DNA of 64,000 bases, taken from an uncultured Actinomycetes bacterium (lineage in GTDB: Bacteria; Actinomycetota; UBA4738; JBBDTT01). Shown in pieces: positions 55,960 to 64,000 of this stretch. Where the stretch lies: positions 160,001 through 224,000 of the forward strand of contig CAVUMN010000003.1 in the NCBI GenBank assembly GCA_963742735.1, written 5' to 3'. Position 1 is the first letter of the stretch, and each line of letters opens with the position of its first letter. The position numbers were made by a program, and so were the translations under genes. The notes below the pieces were generated by a model. That model was not told the origin of the DNA, searched no databases, and worked only from the letters and a program-made list of their open reading frames with translations.

Positions 55960-58794
55960 CTACAGACCCGGGGGGAGGAGGCCGGTGTAGATGTCGTCCC
56001 CGCCGTTCACGGCGTCCTGCCACGCCAGCCGGAGCCCGGAGAGGGCGGGGAACCCCTGCTGCCCGCGCAACCCCGGGAGGACGTCGTAGGTGGTCCCGGT
56101 TCCGAAGCTGAACAGATACAGGTCGGTGTCGGGCACGGGCAGGCCGCCCGAGCCGAGGTTCTGGGCGACGCTGCCGCCCAGGTTGCCGACGACCTGCCCC
56201 CACACCGCGTACTCGCCGGAGAGCGCGGCCCCGAACGGCGAGGCCTGCTCCGAGAGGACGGCCTCCGTCCCCGACGCCAGGTCGAAGAGCGTGGCGGTGC
56301 CCTGGTAGATCGTCTCGTTGCCGGAGGTGGTCGAGATGGCCAGCACGCGGTCGCCGAACGCTCCGACCGCGAGGACCAGGGACTTCGGCGTTCGCAGCAC
56401 GTTGGGGACCTGTCCCGGCTTCCACACGACGACCTCGCCCGCGGAGGTCCCGATGGCCACCGTCCCCCCGCCGGTGGCGATGGACTCGGGCAGGGTCGAG
56501 ACGGGGTACCGCTCGCGCTGCAGGTTCCCCTCCGGGTCCACGAACGTCATCGTCGAGGATGCCGAGTCGACCCACGCGGCGCCCTCGGCCGATCCGGCCA
56601 CTCCGACGAGCACGCTGTCGCCGTCCACGGTTCCCAGGTCGGTCACGGCCCCGTTCGAGAGGTCGTAGCGGCGCACGACCGGGGGGCTTCCGTTCTGCGC
56701 CGCGATCAGCGCGTCGCCGGCGAAGGCGGCCGAGATCGTGGTGGCCTCGGCGGTTGCGACCGAGGGCTCACCGCCGACCCGCAGGGAGGACGGCTGGGCG
56801 AGCACCCCCTCCGACGCGCCGAAGTCGAGCCACGCGATCCGATCGCCCGAGACCGAGGGGGTCTTCTGCGTGGCGACGGAGGTGGCGATGGCGACGGCGG
56901 GGGTGACCGGCGTCTCCACGCATCCCCGGCAGATGCGGTTCTGGTCGAAGACCTCGCGGGCCACTCGCAGGATCACCGGATCGGCCTGGAGCTCCTGCGC
57001 CGCCTGCTCGATGGCGGTCCGCGCGGCCAGGAACCCGGAGGTGGGGCCGAGGTGTCGCGTGAGGGCGGCGTACACCACCCCGTCGAACGCGCGGGCGAGC
57101 GGCGAGTCGTTTCCGGGCTTGTTGTCGATCTGGGCCAGGCGGGTGCGGATCGACCACAGCGCCTGGTTCCAGATCGCGCTGTTCAGATGGACCCCGCCGT
57201 TGTCCTGGTTGAACCCCAGGAACTTGAACGAGATCGGCATGTCCAGGTAGTAGAGGTAGTCGGCCAGGGTGGCCCCGTTCAGCATGTACCGCTGAGAGAA
57301 CCGGCCCTCCGGGTCGCGGCGGCATACGGGGTTGTCCGCGGCCACGCCGCGGCACCCGTCCTCGTACAGCGAGGCCCCGTCCGTGCCGTTCAACTGGTTG
57401 CCGATCACGTTTCCGAAGTAGTCCGAGAACGACTCGTTCAGGGCCCCCGACTGCCCGCTGTAGATCAGGCCGGCGGTGACATCGGTCACCCCGTGGGTGA
57501 TCTCGTGGCCGGCGGTGTCGATGTCGGTGTCGGTGGCGCTGTACGGGCAGCCGCCCGAGTCGCCGTAGACCATCTGCTCGCCGTTGAAGTAGGCGTTGCA
57601 CGGCAGCTCCATGTTGGCGGTGGAGATGAGCTTGCCGCCCTGCCCGTCCCAGGAGCGGCGAGCGTGCGCCTCCAGGTAGTACTCCAGGACGTAGCGCCCG
57701 TAGGCGTGGGCGGCCAGGGTGTCGGCGTCCAGCCACGGACCGTCCCCCAGCTGGGCGGCGATGGGGCCGGGGAGCGTGTCCTTGCTCGCGGCGGTGCCGT
57801 CGTGGGTCTCGATCGTGGCCGTCCGGCCCTCGCCGGTGGGGTCCACCAGCAGGACCGCCCCGTCGGCGCGACGGGTCCCCACCGCCTGCAGGGGCTGGCC
57901 GAGCGGGCCCGCGCCGGAGACCTCGACGGTCGGAGGGCCGGAGACCTGCCCGAGGACCGACGAACGGAGGCCGCTGATCGCCCGGCCGAGCGCCGAGACC
58001 CGCTCGGCCGAGGCGGGGACGACGGAGAGCACCGTTCCGGTCGCCGCGTCCAGGTAGTAGCGCGCGCTGGCCATCCCCCCCGCGGCGGGGTCGCCCGGCG
58101 CGGTGACGGTGACCTCCCAGGCCAGGGTGCCGCCCTCGGTGTTCGGCATGACCACCAGGCGCAGGTCGCCGACGTTCCCGCCCGAGGCGCGCCGCGCCAG
58201 CGTCCGGGCCCGGTCCCGTCCGATCGTCGGCTCGGGCGGGGGAGCGATGCCGGCGAACGACCGTCCTCGCACCCCGAACACCGCGGGGACCTGTCCCGCC
58301 CGGACGGTGAACACCAGCCGGCCGTCGAGCACGGGAACGCCGCCCGCCCGCTGCTCGCCGATCAGCACGAAGGTGGGGGCGTCCGGGGTCTCACCCTCGG
58401 GTCGCAGGTCCACCTCCGCGCCGGAGATCCCGAACAGATCGCGGCCCGCCCCGTCCAGCAGGCGCCGGGCCACGTCCTCGGGAGCCTCGCCGCCGGCCGA
58501 CTTCAGCGAGCCGCCGGACAGCTGGGCCAGGTAGCCCGTCTCGTCGTCCTGGACGCCCACCCACCCCGAGGAGGTCTCGGCGCGCAGGCGTTCGATGGCC
58601 TCGGTCAGGGACCGCAGCCGGGAGCCGAATTCCTCGGCGGGGACCGATTGCTGGAAGACCGGGGAGGGCACCAGGACCCGCGGGGTGGGATCGTCCCGGC
58701 CGATCAGGCGCTGGTCGGCGCAGGCCGAACCCAGCAGCGACACCGTGAGCAGGGCGACGGCCAGCGAACGAGCGCTCGGGAGTCGTGAGGTCAA
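55960..58794 (-). CDS. M4 (thermolysin) family metallopeptidase lipoprotein with C-terminal beta-rich repeat domain
   Basis: Lipobox LLGSAC; NAYFNG, AGHEITHGV, GALNESFSD, DNGGVHLNS; TTG start inferred. Confidence 0.92.
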   Translation of the reverse strand: MTSRLPSARSLAVALLTVSLLGSACADQRLIGRDDPTPRVLVPSPVFQQSVPAEEFGSRLRSLTEAIERLRAETSSGWVGVQDDETGYLAQLSGGSLKSAGGEAPEDVARRLLDGAGRDLFGISGAEVDLRPEGETPDAPTFVLIGEQRAGGVPVLDGRLVFTVRAGQVPAVFGVRGRSFAGIAPPPEPTIGRDRARTLARRASGGNVGDLRLVVMPNTEGGTLAWEVTVTAPGDPAAGGMASARYYLDAATGTVLSVVPASAERVSALGRAISGLRSSVLGQVSGPPTVEVSGAGPLGQPLQAVGTRRADGAVLLVDPTGEGRTATIETHDGTAASKDTLPGPIAAQLGDGPWLDADTLAAHAYGRYVLEYYLEAHARRSWDGQGGKLISTANMELPCNAYFNGEQMVYGDSGGCPYSATDTDIDTAGHEITHGVTDVTAGLIYSGQSGALNESFSDYFGNVIGNQLNGTDGASLYEDGCRGVAADNPVCRRDPEGRFSQRYMLNGATLADYLYYLDMPISFKFLGFNQDNGGVHLNSAIWNQALWSIRTRLAQIDNKPGNDSPLARAFDGVVYAALTRHLGPTSGFLAARTAIEQAAQELQADPVILRVAREVFDQNRICRGCVETPVTPAVAIATSVATQKTPSVSGDRIAWLDFGASEGVLAQPSSLRVGGEPSVATAEATTISAAFAGDALIAAQNGSPPVVRRYDLSNGAVTDLGTVDGDSVLVGVAGSAEGAAWVDSASSTMTFVDPEGNLQRERYPVSTLPESIATGGGTVAIGTSAGEVVVWKPGQVPNVLRTPKSLVLAVGAFGDRVLAISTTSGNETIYQGTATLFDLASGTEAVLSEQASPFGAALSGEYAVWGQVVGNLGGSVAQNLGSGGLPVPDTDLYLFSFGTGTTYDVLPGLRGQQGFPALSGLRLAWQDAVNGGDDIYTGLLPPGL

Positions 58795-58928
58795 GAACGC
58801 TGAGTATTCGAGTGGATTGACGGGAATGTCAAGGCGGGTGTCCGGGTCCCGCGGACCCGTCCGGCCGCGTTGACGGCCGGGATGGTGGCGGCCAGAATGC
58901 CCGGCGACCGCGACGTCGAGGAGGACGC

Positions 58929-60137
58929 ATGGACTGTCCCTCATGCAGGACGGCGAACCCCGAGTCGGCCTCCTTCTGCTTCAAGTGCGGAACCGCCCTG
59001 CGCGGCGCGGACGCCTCGAGGTACGGCCGCGGGGGGGCCTACGCCGCGTCGGCGTCGGAGAACGTGACCCAGCTCGCGTTGATCTCCACGATCATGCCCC
59101 ACACCTCTCGCCGGGTGGCGGACAACTACCGGTGGGCACTCCTGGTGACGAGCGTGATCGTGGTCGGGCTGACCCTGGCGGGGATCCTCCCGGCGGCGAT
59201 CCTGGCGGCCGCGTTCCTGGTCCCCCTCACGTACCTCGTCTACATCTACGACGTGAACCTGTGGGAGGACGCTCCGGGGCCGGTCACCGCCGGGCTGTTC
59301 GTGTTCACCGGCCTGCTGGCGGTGGGCGTCTCGCTGGTGTTCTTCCGCTGGGTGTTCGACGGGCAGTTCCACCAGCTGGGGGCCACCGCGGGGGGCGGTC
59401 GCACGGGACTCGGGACGACGTTTCCCCTCGTCCCCATCCTGATCTTCGCCGTCCTGCTGCCCATCGTCTCGGAGGTCGCGAAGCAGCTCGGCCCGCTCGT
59501 CCTGGCGGCGCGGCCCCAGTTCGACGACATGGTGGACGGGCTTACCTTCGGCATCGCGTCGGGCGCCGCCTACGCCGCGTTGGAGACCGTGATCGTGTTC
59601 CTCCCGGTGTTCACCTCCGGTCAGCTGCGGACGACCGACAACCTCATGTTCTGGCTGTTCATCGTGCTGAACCAGATGGTGGTGAAGTCGCTCATCTACG
59701 GGACCGCCACCGGGATCGCCGTGGCGCAGTACTCGGGGCTCGGCGAGGGGTACGACGGCCTCACCAAGCGGTACTACCGGTCGTTCGCGTTCGCCGCGCT
59801 GGCGAACATCGTCTACTGGCTGGGCGTCCACATCCTGGCCCGTGCCCCGTTCGGCGTGGCGCTCGGGCTCCTGTGGGGGCTGATCGTGCTGGCCTTCCTG
59901 GTCATCCGGGTCCGTATCATGCTGCACACCGCGCTGCTGGAGGCGGCCGTGGAGGACGCGGCGCGGGAGGCGGGCGGAAAGCGCGCCACGGGGGCGTCGG
60001 GCGGGTTCTGCCCGGAGTGTGAGATGCCGCTGCTGCCCGGGGCCCTGTTCTGCATCGTGTGCGGGACCTCGGTCCGCGCCGCCTCGCACGTGGCCCAGCG
60101 AGGGCTCCGTGGACCGAGCGAGGGAGGTGCGGCGTGA
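58929..60137 (+). CDS. PrsW-like intramembrane protein flanked by zinc ribbons
   Basis: CPSC..CFKC at N-terminus, SEVAK, DGLTFGIASGAAYAALET, CPEC..CIVC at C-terminus; GAGGAGG RBS. Confidence 0.85.
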   Translation: MDCPSCRTANPESASFCFKCGTALRGADASRYGRGGAYAASASENVTQLALISTIMPHTSRRVADNYRWALLVTSVIVVGLTLAGILPAAILAAAFLVPLTYLVYIYDVNLWEDAPGPVTAGLFVFTGLLAVGVSLVFFRWVFDGQFHQLGATAGGGRTGLGTTFPLVPILIFAVLLPIVSEVAKQLGPLVLAARPQFDDMVDGLTFGIASGAAYAALETVIVFLPVFTSGQLRTTDNLMFWLFIVLNQMVVKSLIYGTATGIAVAQYSGLGEGYDGLTKRYYRSFAFAALANIVYWLGVHILARAPFGVALGLLWGLIVLAFLVIRVRIMLHTALLEAAVEDAAREAGGKRATGASGGFCPECEMPLLPGALFCIVCGTSVRAASHVAQRGLRGPSEGGAA

Positions 60138-61123
60138 GCACCGAGCCCCCCACCCCGCCCACGGGCCCCACTCCGCCGAGCCCTCCTCCCGTCCCGACCC
60201 CGCCTCCGACGCCCCCGACCCCGCCCCCGGCACCGACGCCCCCTCCGGCTCCGACGCCGCCCCCGACGCCTGCCCCCACCCCCGCGCCCACTCCGCCGGC
60301 GGCTCCCGCCACCCCGGCCCCCACGGCCACGACCCAGGTCCTCCCGCCCGCCGCGCCGCCCCCGGTCCCCCCCGCCGCGGCGGGTGTGCCGCCCGCCGGG
60401 CCTCCGGGCGCCGGAGTGCCCGGCAGGGGGAAGACGATCGCGTTGATCGTCGGCGGGGTGGTCGGCCTCGCCGCGATCGGCCTCGTCCTGTGGCTCGTCC
60501 TGGGTGGGAAGGACGAGCCCAAGACGACGACGACGCTGCCGACGCCGTCGGGGACCCTGGCCCCCTCACCCGTCTCGACCGGGACGATCGTCCCGACGAC
60601 GTCGCCGACGAGCTCGCCGACGACCCCGGCGACGACGGAGCCCCCGCCGCCTCCGCCCGGGGAGAGCGTGACGATCGGCGGGCACACGCAGGTCCCGGTT
60701 CCCGAGGGGTGGCAGGTCCTCGGCTCCAACGAGGATGCCGTGGAGATGGCCGACGACAAGAACGACTACTACTTCGCCCAGATCGAGCACGGCGTGGACC
60801 CGTCCGGGGACGCCGCCGCCGGCATCGGCCAGGTCGTCGACCAGCTCCTGGCCGAGGGCTACAGCCAGGTCGAGACCATCGATCCGCAGTCGTTCCAGCC
60901 GTTCGGGGGGTTGGTGAGCGTGGCCCGCGTCGACTATCGCGGCATCTGGAGCAACCAGCAGGGCTCGTTCGAGGTGCAGGGATTCATCGTGCTGGCGATC
61001 CGCCAGGACGGTGAGGCCCTCGTCTCGATGGTCGAGGGCACGCCGCCGGATGCGTTCGGGGAGAACGAGCCGTTCTGGCAGCCGGTGACCGTGGGGACCC
61101 TGAGCAGCTTCGCGGGGGCCTGA
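60134..61123 (+). CDS. Pro/Thr-rich single-pass membrane protein
   Basis: PTPP repeats, one TM helix, Thr/Pro linker, VPVPEGW-starting C-terminal domain; GTGA-coupled. Confidence 0.85.
   Translation: MSTEPPTPPTGPTPPSPPPVPTPPPTPPTPPPAPTPPPAPTPPPTPAPTPAPTPPAAPATPAPTATTQVLPPAAPPPVPPAAAGVPPAGPPGAGVPGRGKTIALIVGGVVGLAAIGLVLWLVLGGKDEPKTTTTLPTPSGTLAPSPVSTGTIVPTTSPTSSPTTPATTEPPPPPPGESVTIGGHTQVPVPEGWQVLGSNEDAVEMADDKNDYYFAQIEHGVDPSGDAAAGIGQVVDQLLAEGYSQVETIDPQSFQPFGGLVSVARVDYRGIWSNQQGSFEVQGFIVLAIRQDGEALVSMVEGTPPDAFGENEPFWQPVTVGTLSSFAGA
60143..60420 (+). repeat. Low-complexity Pro-rich repeats
   Basis: Recurrent PTPPP/PAPTPP units. Confidence 0.7.
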
Positions 61124-61202
61124 GAGGCCCGGGAGCGAGCTTGGGGGGCACGATCGGGCTCAAGTCCGGCGTATCGGGCGCCGATACGGGGCTAAGGCCC
61201 AC

Positions 61203-61871
61203 ATGACGAGCACTGCTGCCTCTCTCACTGCGCTCTACGTCGGTGGCCACACGTTGTCTCGCGATGCCATGCGGACGGCCCTGGCCCACGGCGGTATCAG
61301 GCTGTCCACCGCGGTGTCCATCCCCGACGCGCTCGAACGGATCGAATCCGAGGGCCCCTTCCAGGTGGCCCTCGTGGACGACGACGGGCTCGGCGAGCGC
61401 CTGGCGCTCGAGGCGATCGATACCCTGGTGACCCTGGACGCGTGTCCCGTCGCGGTCATCTCCGCGAGCCGTTCGCCCGTGTTCCCCGCGGACGCCGTCC
61501 GGGCCGGCGCCTCGGGCTACCTCTCGAAGGAGACCGGCCTCGAGGAGCTCAGCCAGGCCATCCAGAGGATCTCCGAGGGCCTGGTCGTCGTGGACCCGAT
61601 GGTGACCCGGACGCTCCTGGGCATCCTGGGCCCGCAGGGCGTCGCCGAGTCGACGAACGGGTCGAGCGCCCCAGGACCCCACCTCACCCCGGTCGAGCGA
61701 CGGGTCCTGGTGCTCGTTGCGGAGGGCAAGGTCAACAAGCAGATCGGCGCCTCCCTGGGGTTGTCGCCGCTCACCGTGAAGAACCACCTCGCCCGCATCC
61801 GGGCGCGCCTCGGCGCGGGGGACAAGGCCCAGGCCGTCGCCATCGCGTTGCGTTCCGGGCTGCTCGACTAG
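61203..61871 (+). CDS. LuxR-family response regulator with atypical receiver
   Basis: GASGYLSKE, LTPVERRVL..VNKQIG..TVKNHLARI; beta1 acidic pair replaced by VGGH. Confidence 0.9.
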   Translation: MTSTAASLTALYVGGHTLSRDAMRTALAHGGIRLSTAVSIPDALERIESEGPFQVALVDDDGLGERLALEAIDTLVTLDACPVAVISASRSPVFPADAVRAGASGYLSKETGLEELSQAIQRISEGLVVVDPMVTRTLLGILGPQGVAESTNGSSAPGPHLTPVERRVLVLVAEGKVNKQIGASLGLSPLTVKNHLARIRARLGAGDKAQAVAIALRSGLLD

Positions 61872-61896
61872 CGGCCGAAGGGCCAAAACGAGGGGG

Positions 61897-61925
61897 TTGA
61901 CCGACTCCGGAACGGCAAGTAAGTT
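61897..61925 (+). promoter_or_regulatory. Housekeeping-sigma promoter
   Basis: TTGACC-N17-TAAGTT. Confidence 0.6.
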
Positions 61926-61969
61926 CGGGTGATGCGCTCCATCGCCCTGGTGCCCGCTTCCCCGATCCG

Positions 61970-64000
61970 ATGACCTCCGCTCGCCGCCGCGCGTCCGCCG
62001 CGCTCCTCCTCGCGCTCTTCGTGCTCGCGTCCGGGCTCAGCCCGGCCTCCGCGGACGCCACGTTCACCGTCACCACGACCGAGGACACGAACGGCGCGTG
62101 TGCGTTGGAGCACTGCTCGCTCCGCGAGGCGATCACGGCGGCGAACGCCGCGACGGGAACCGACGTGATCAACTTCGCGTTGCCCGGTCCCGACTACGCG
62201 ATCGTTCTCGGCTCGCCCCTTCCGAGCGTGACCGAGGCCGTCTCGATCGACGGCACCAGCCAGGCGGGCTACGCGGGCACCCCGGTGGTGAGCCTGGACG
62301 GCTCGGGGGCGGGGGCCGGCGACGGCCTGGTGCTGGCGGGCTCGGGCATCACCGTGGCCGGGCTGGCCATCGTCAACGTCTCCGGCACCGGCATCAAGAT
62401 CTCCGGCTCCGGGAACGCGGTGGAGGCCTCGACGATCGGGACCGACGGCGCGGACACCACGGGCCTGGGCAACGCGACGAACGGCCTGTTCGTCGCCGGG
62501 TCGAACACCGTGGTGGGAGGCTCCGAGCCCGGGGCGGGCAACGTGATCGCCAACAACGGCGCGTCGGGAGTTCGTATCGCCAACCTGGTGACGGGCAACC
62601 TGATCCAGGGCAACCGGATCGAATCGAACACCGCGAACGGGGTTCTGGTGATCGGGGGGAGCGGGCACACCGTCCGGGCCAACGCGATCTCCGACAACGG
62701 CGCGCTGGGGATCGACCTCCACCCCGCCGGGGTGGCCCCGAACGACAGCGCCGACCCGGACTCGGGCGCCAACGGCCTGCAGAACTTCCCGGTGATCACC
62801 TCGGCCGTCCACGACGAGGAGAGCGCCTCCACGCTCGTGACGGGTTCGTTGAACAGCACCGCGTCCACGACCTTCACCGTGGAGCTCTTCTCGAACGCAT
62901 CGTGCGACGCCTCCGGGAACGGGGAGGCCGAGGTGCCCCTCGGGACGAAGCAGGTCGTCACCGGGGCCAACGGCGCGGGTCCGTTCACCTTGACCGTCCC
63001 TGACCCCGGTCTTCCCGTCGGCGCGATCGTCACCGCCACCGCCACCAACCCGTCGGGAAGCACGTCGGAGCTCTCGGCGTGTGAGACGGTGGAGGAGGAG
63101 GCGCCCCTGGACCAGCCGAACATCCTGGTGATCCTCACCGACGACCAGAGCTACGACTCGATCCCGCGGACCCCGGCCGCCATGCCCTATCTGCAGGGAC
63201 GGGTCCAGAATCCGGCGGACCACTGGGCTCGGTTCTCCCGGGCGTACCTCAACACCCCGCTGTGCTGCCCCTCGCGGGCCAGCCTGCTCACGGGCCGGTA
63301 CTCCCATCATCACGGGGTGGACGACAACTCGGAGGGCAACAAGCTCGACGAGTCCTCGACGCTCGCGACCTGGCTGGACGACGCCGGCTACCGCACGGGG
63401 CTGATCGGCAAGTACTTCAACAACTATCCGTGGAACCGGGGCAACTACACCCCGCCGGGGTGGGACGACTGGGCCGCGGTCGTGGGGGAGGTCGACCTCT
63501 ACTACAACTACCGGATCAACGACAACGGGACGCTCACCACCCACGGCAACGACCCGGACGACTACTCCACCGACGTCCTGCGTGACCGGGCCCTCGACTT
63601 CCTGGACGAGACCGGCTCGGATCCGTTCTTCCTCTACTTCGCGCCGAACGCGCCGCACGCTCCGCGCACGCCAGCGCCCCGGCACGCGGGCCTGGGGACG
63701 TCGTTCCCGAACGTCCGGAACCCCAGCTTCAACGAGGCGAATGTTTCCGACAAGCCGGAGTGGGTCCGCAAGCTCCCCCTCCTGAACGCCAATGCGATCA
63801 AGAAGCAGGACAAGTTCCGCCGGGACGCGTACCTCACCCTGCTCGCGGTCGACGAGGCCATCGCCGCGCTCATCGGCGAGATCGAACAGCAGGGCAAGCT
63901 CGACAACACCATCATCGTGTTCACGACGGACAACGGCTTCTCGTTCGGTGAGCACCGGCACCAGGGAAAGCTGTGCGCCTACTTGAGGTGCTCGGCGACT
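61970..64000 (+). CDS. Secreted CSLREA/beta-helix domain protein fused to a sulfatase (runs off window end)
   Basis: Manual translation: signal peptide, HCSLREAI, parallel-beta-helix-like repeats, then PNILVILTDDQ, LCCPSRASLLTG (CxPxR), FTTDNG..GEHR in the same frame with no stop. Confidence 0.92.
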   Translation, partial: MTSARRRASAALLLALFVLASGLSPASADATFTVTTTEDTNGACALEHCSLREAITAANAATGTDVINFALPGPDYAIVLGSPLPSVTEAVSIDGTSQAGYAGTPVVSLDGSGAGAGDGLVLAGSGITVAGLAIVNVSGTGIKISGSGNAVEASTIGTDGADTTGLGNATNGLFVAGSNTVVGGSEPGAGNVIANNGASGVRIANLVTGNLIQGNRIESNTANGVLVIGGSGHTVRANAISDNGALGIDLHPAGVAPNDSADPDSGANGLQNFPVITSAVHDEESASTLVTGSLNSTASTTFTVELFSNASCDASGNGEAEVPLGTKQVVTGANGAGPFTLTVPDPGLPVGAIVTATATNPSGSTSELSACETVEEEAPLDQPNILVILTDDQSYDSIPRTPAAMPYLQGRVQNPADHWARFSRAYLNTPLCCPSRASLLTGRYSHHHGVDDNSEGNKLDESSTLATWLDDAGYRTGLIGKYFNNYPWNRGNYTPPGWDDWAAVVGEVDLYYNYRINDNGTLTTHGNDPDDYSTDVLRDRALDFLDETGSDPFFLYFAPNAPHAPRTPAPRHAGLGTSFPNVRNPSFNEANVSDKPEWVRKLPLLNANAIKKQDKFRRDAYLTLLAVDEAIAALIGEIEQQGKLDNTIIVFTTDNGFSFGEHRHQGKLCAYLRCSAT

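Noticed and set aside
55330-58788. 1152-aa plus-strand ORF and many similar long shadow ORFs
   Set aside because: Antisense or off-frame shadows typical of high-GC DNA, with no motifs
60143-60420. Short repeats as a possible CRISPR array or VNTR locus
   Set aside because: In-frame Pro-rich coding low complexity, no repeat-spacer structure and no cas genes

Overview
High-GC, gene-dense bacterial chromosome segment whose gene content, codon usage and frequent leaderless TANNNT promoters suggest an actinobacterium (inferred). No rRNA, tRNA, CRISPR array, transposase or prophage was seen. From left to right: a partial aldehyde dehydrogenase and small accessory genes; a phenylacetyl-CoA epoxidase operon (paaABCD, no paaE in the window) running directly into an osmoprotectant-type ABC transporter; an MFS exporter; a flavoprotein disulfide reductase coupled to an unannotated Pol-beta-like nucleotidyltransferase; paaG and a thioesterase; a ~15 kb signalling hub (REC-HTH-adenylate cyclase fusion back-to-back with its paralogous NarL-type regulator, a USP operon, four tandem paralogous membrane histidine kinases with the last degenerate, a lone receiver, and a YciI/DGPF-cyclase fusion); a TPP riboswitch with a CytX-like permease; housekeeping genes (pepA, ThDP enzyme, lgt, acnA, mrp); a second NarL-type two-component system; and a cell-surface cluster (M4 peptidase lipoprotein, two related membrane proteins, a degenerate PrsW-like protein, a Pro-rich protein, an atypical LuxR regulator, and a CSLREA-sulfatase fusion cut by the window end). 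All calls come from motifs read by eye; no database search was run. The best candidates for novelty are the multi-kinase/cAMP hub and the orphan nucleotidyltransferase.
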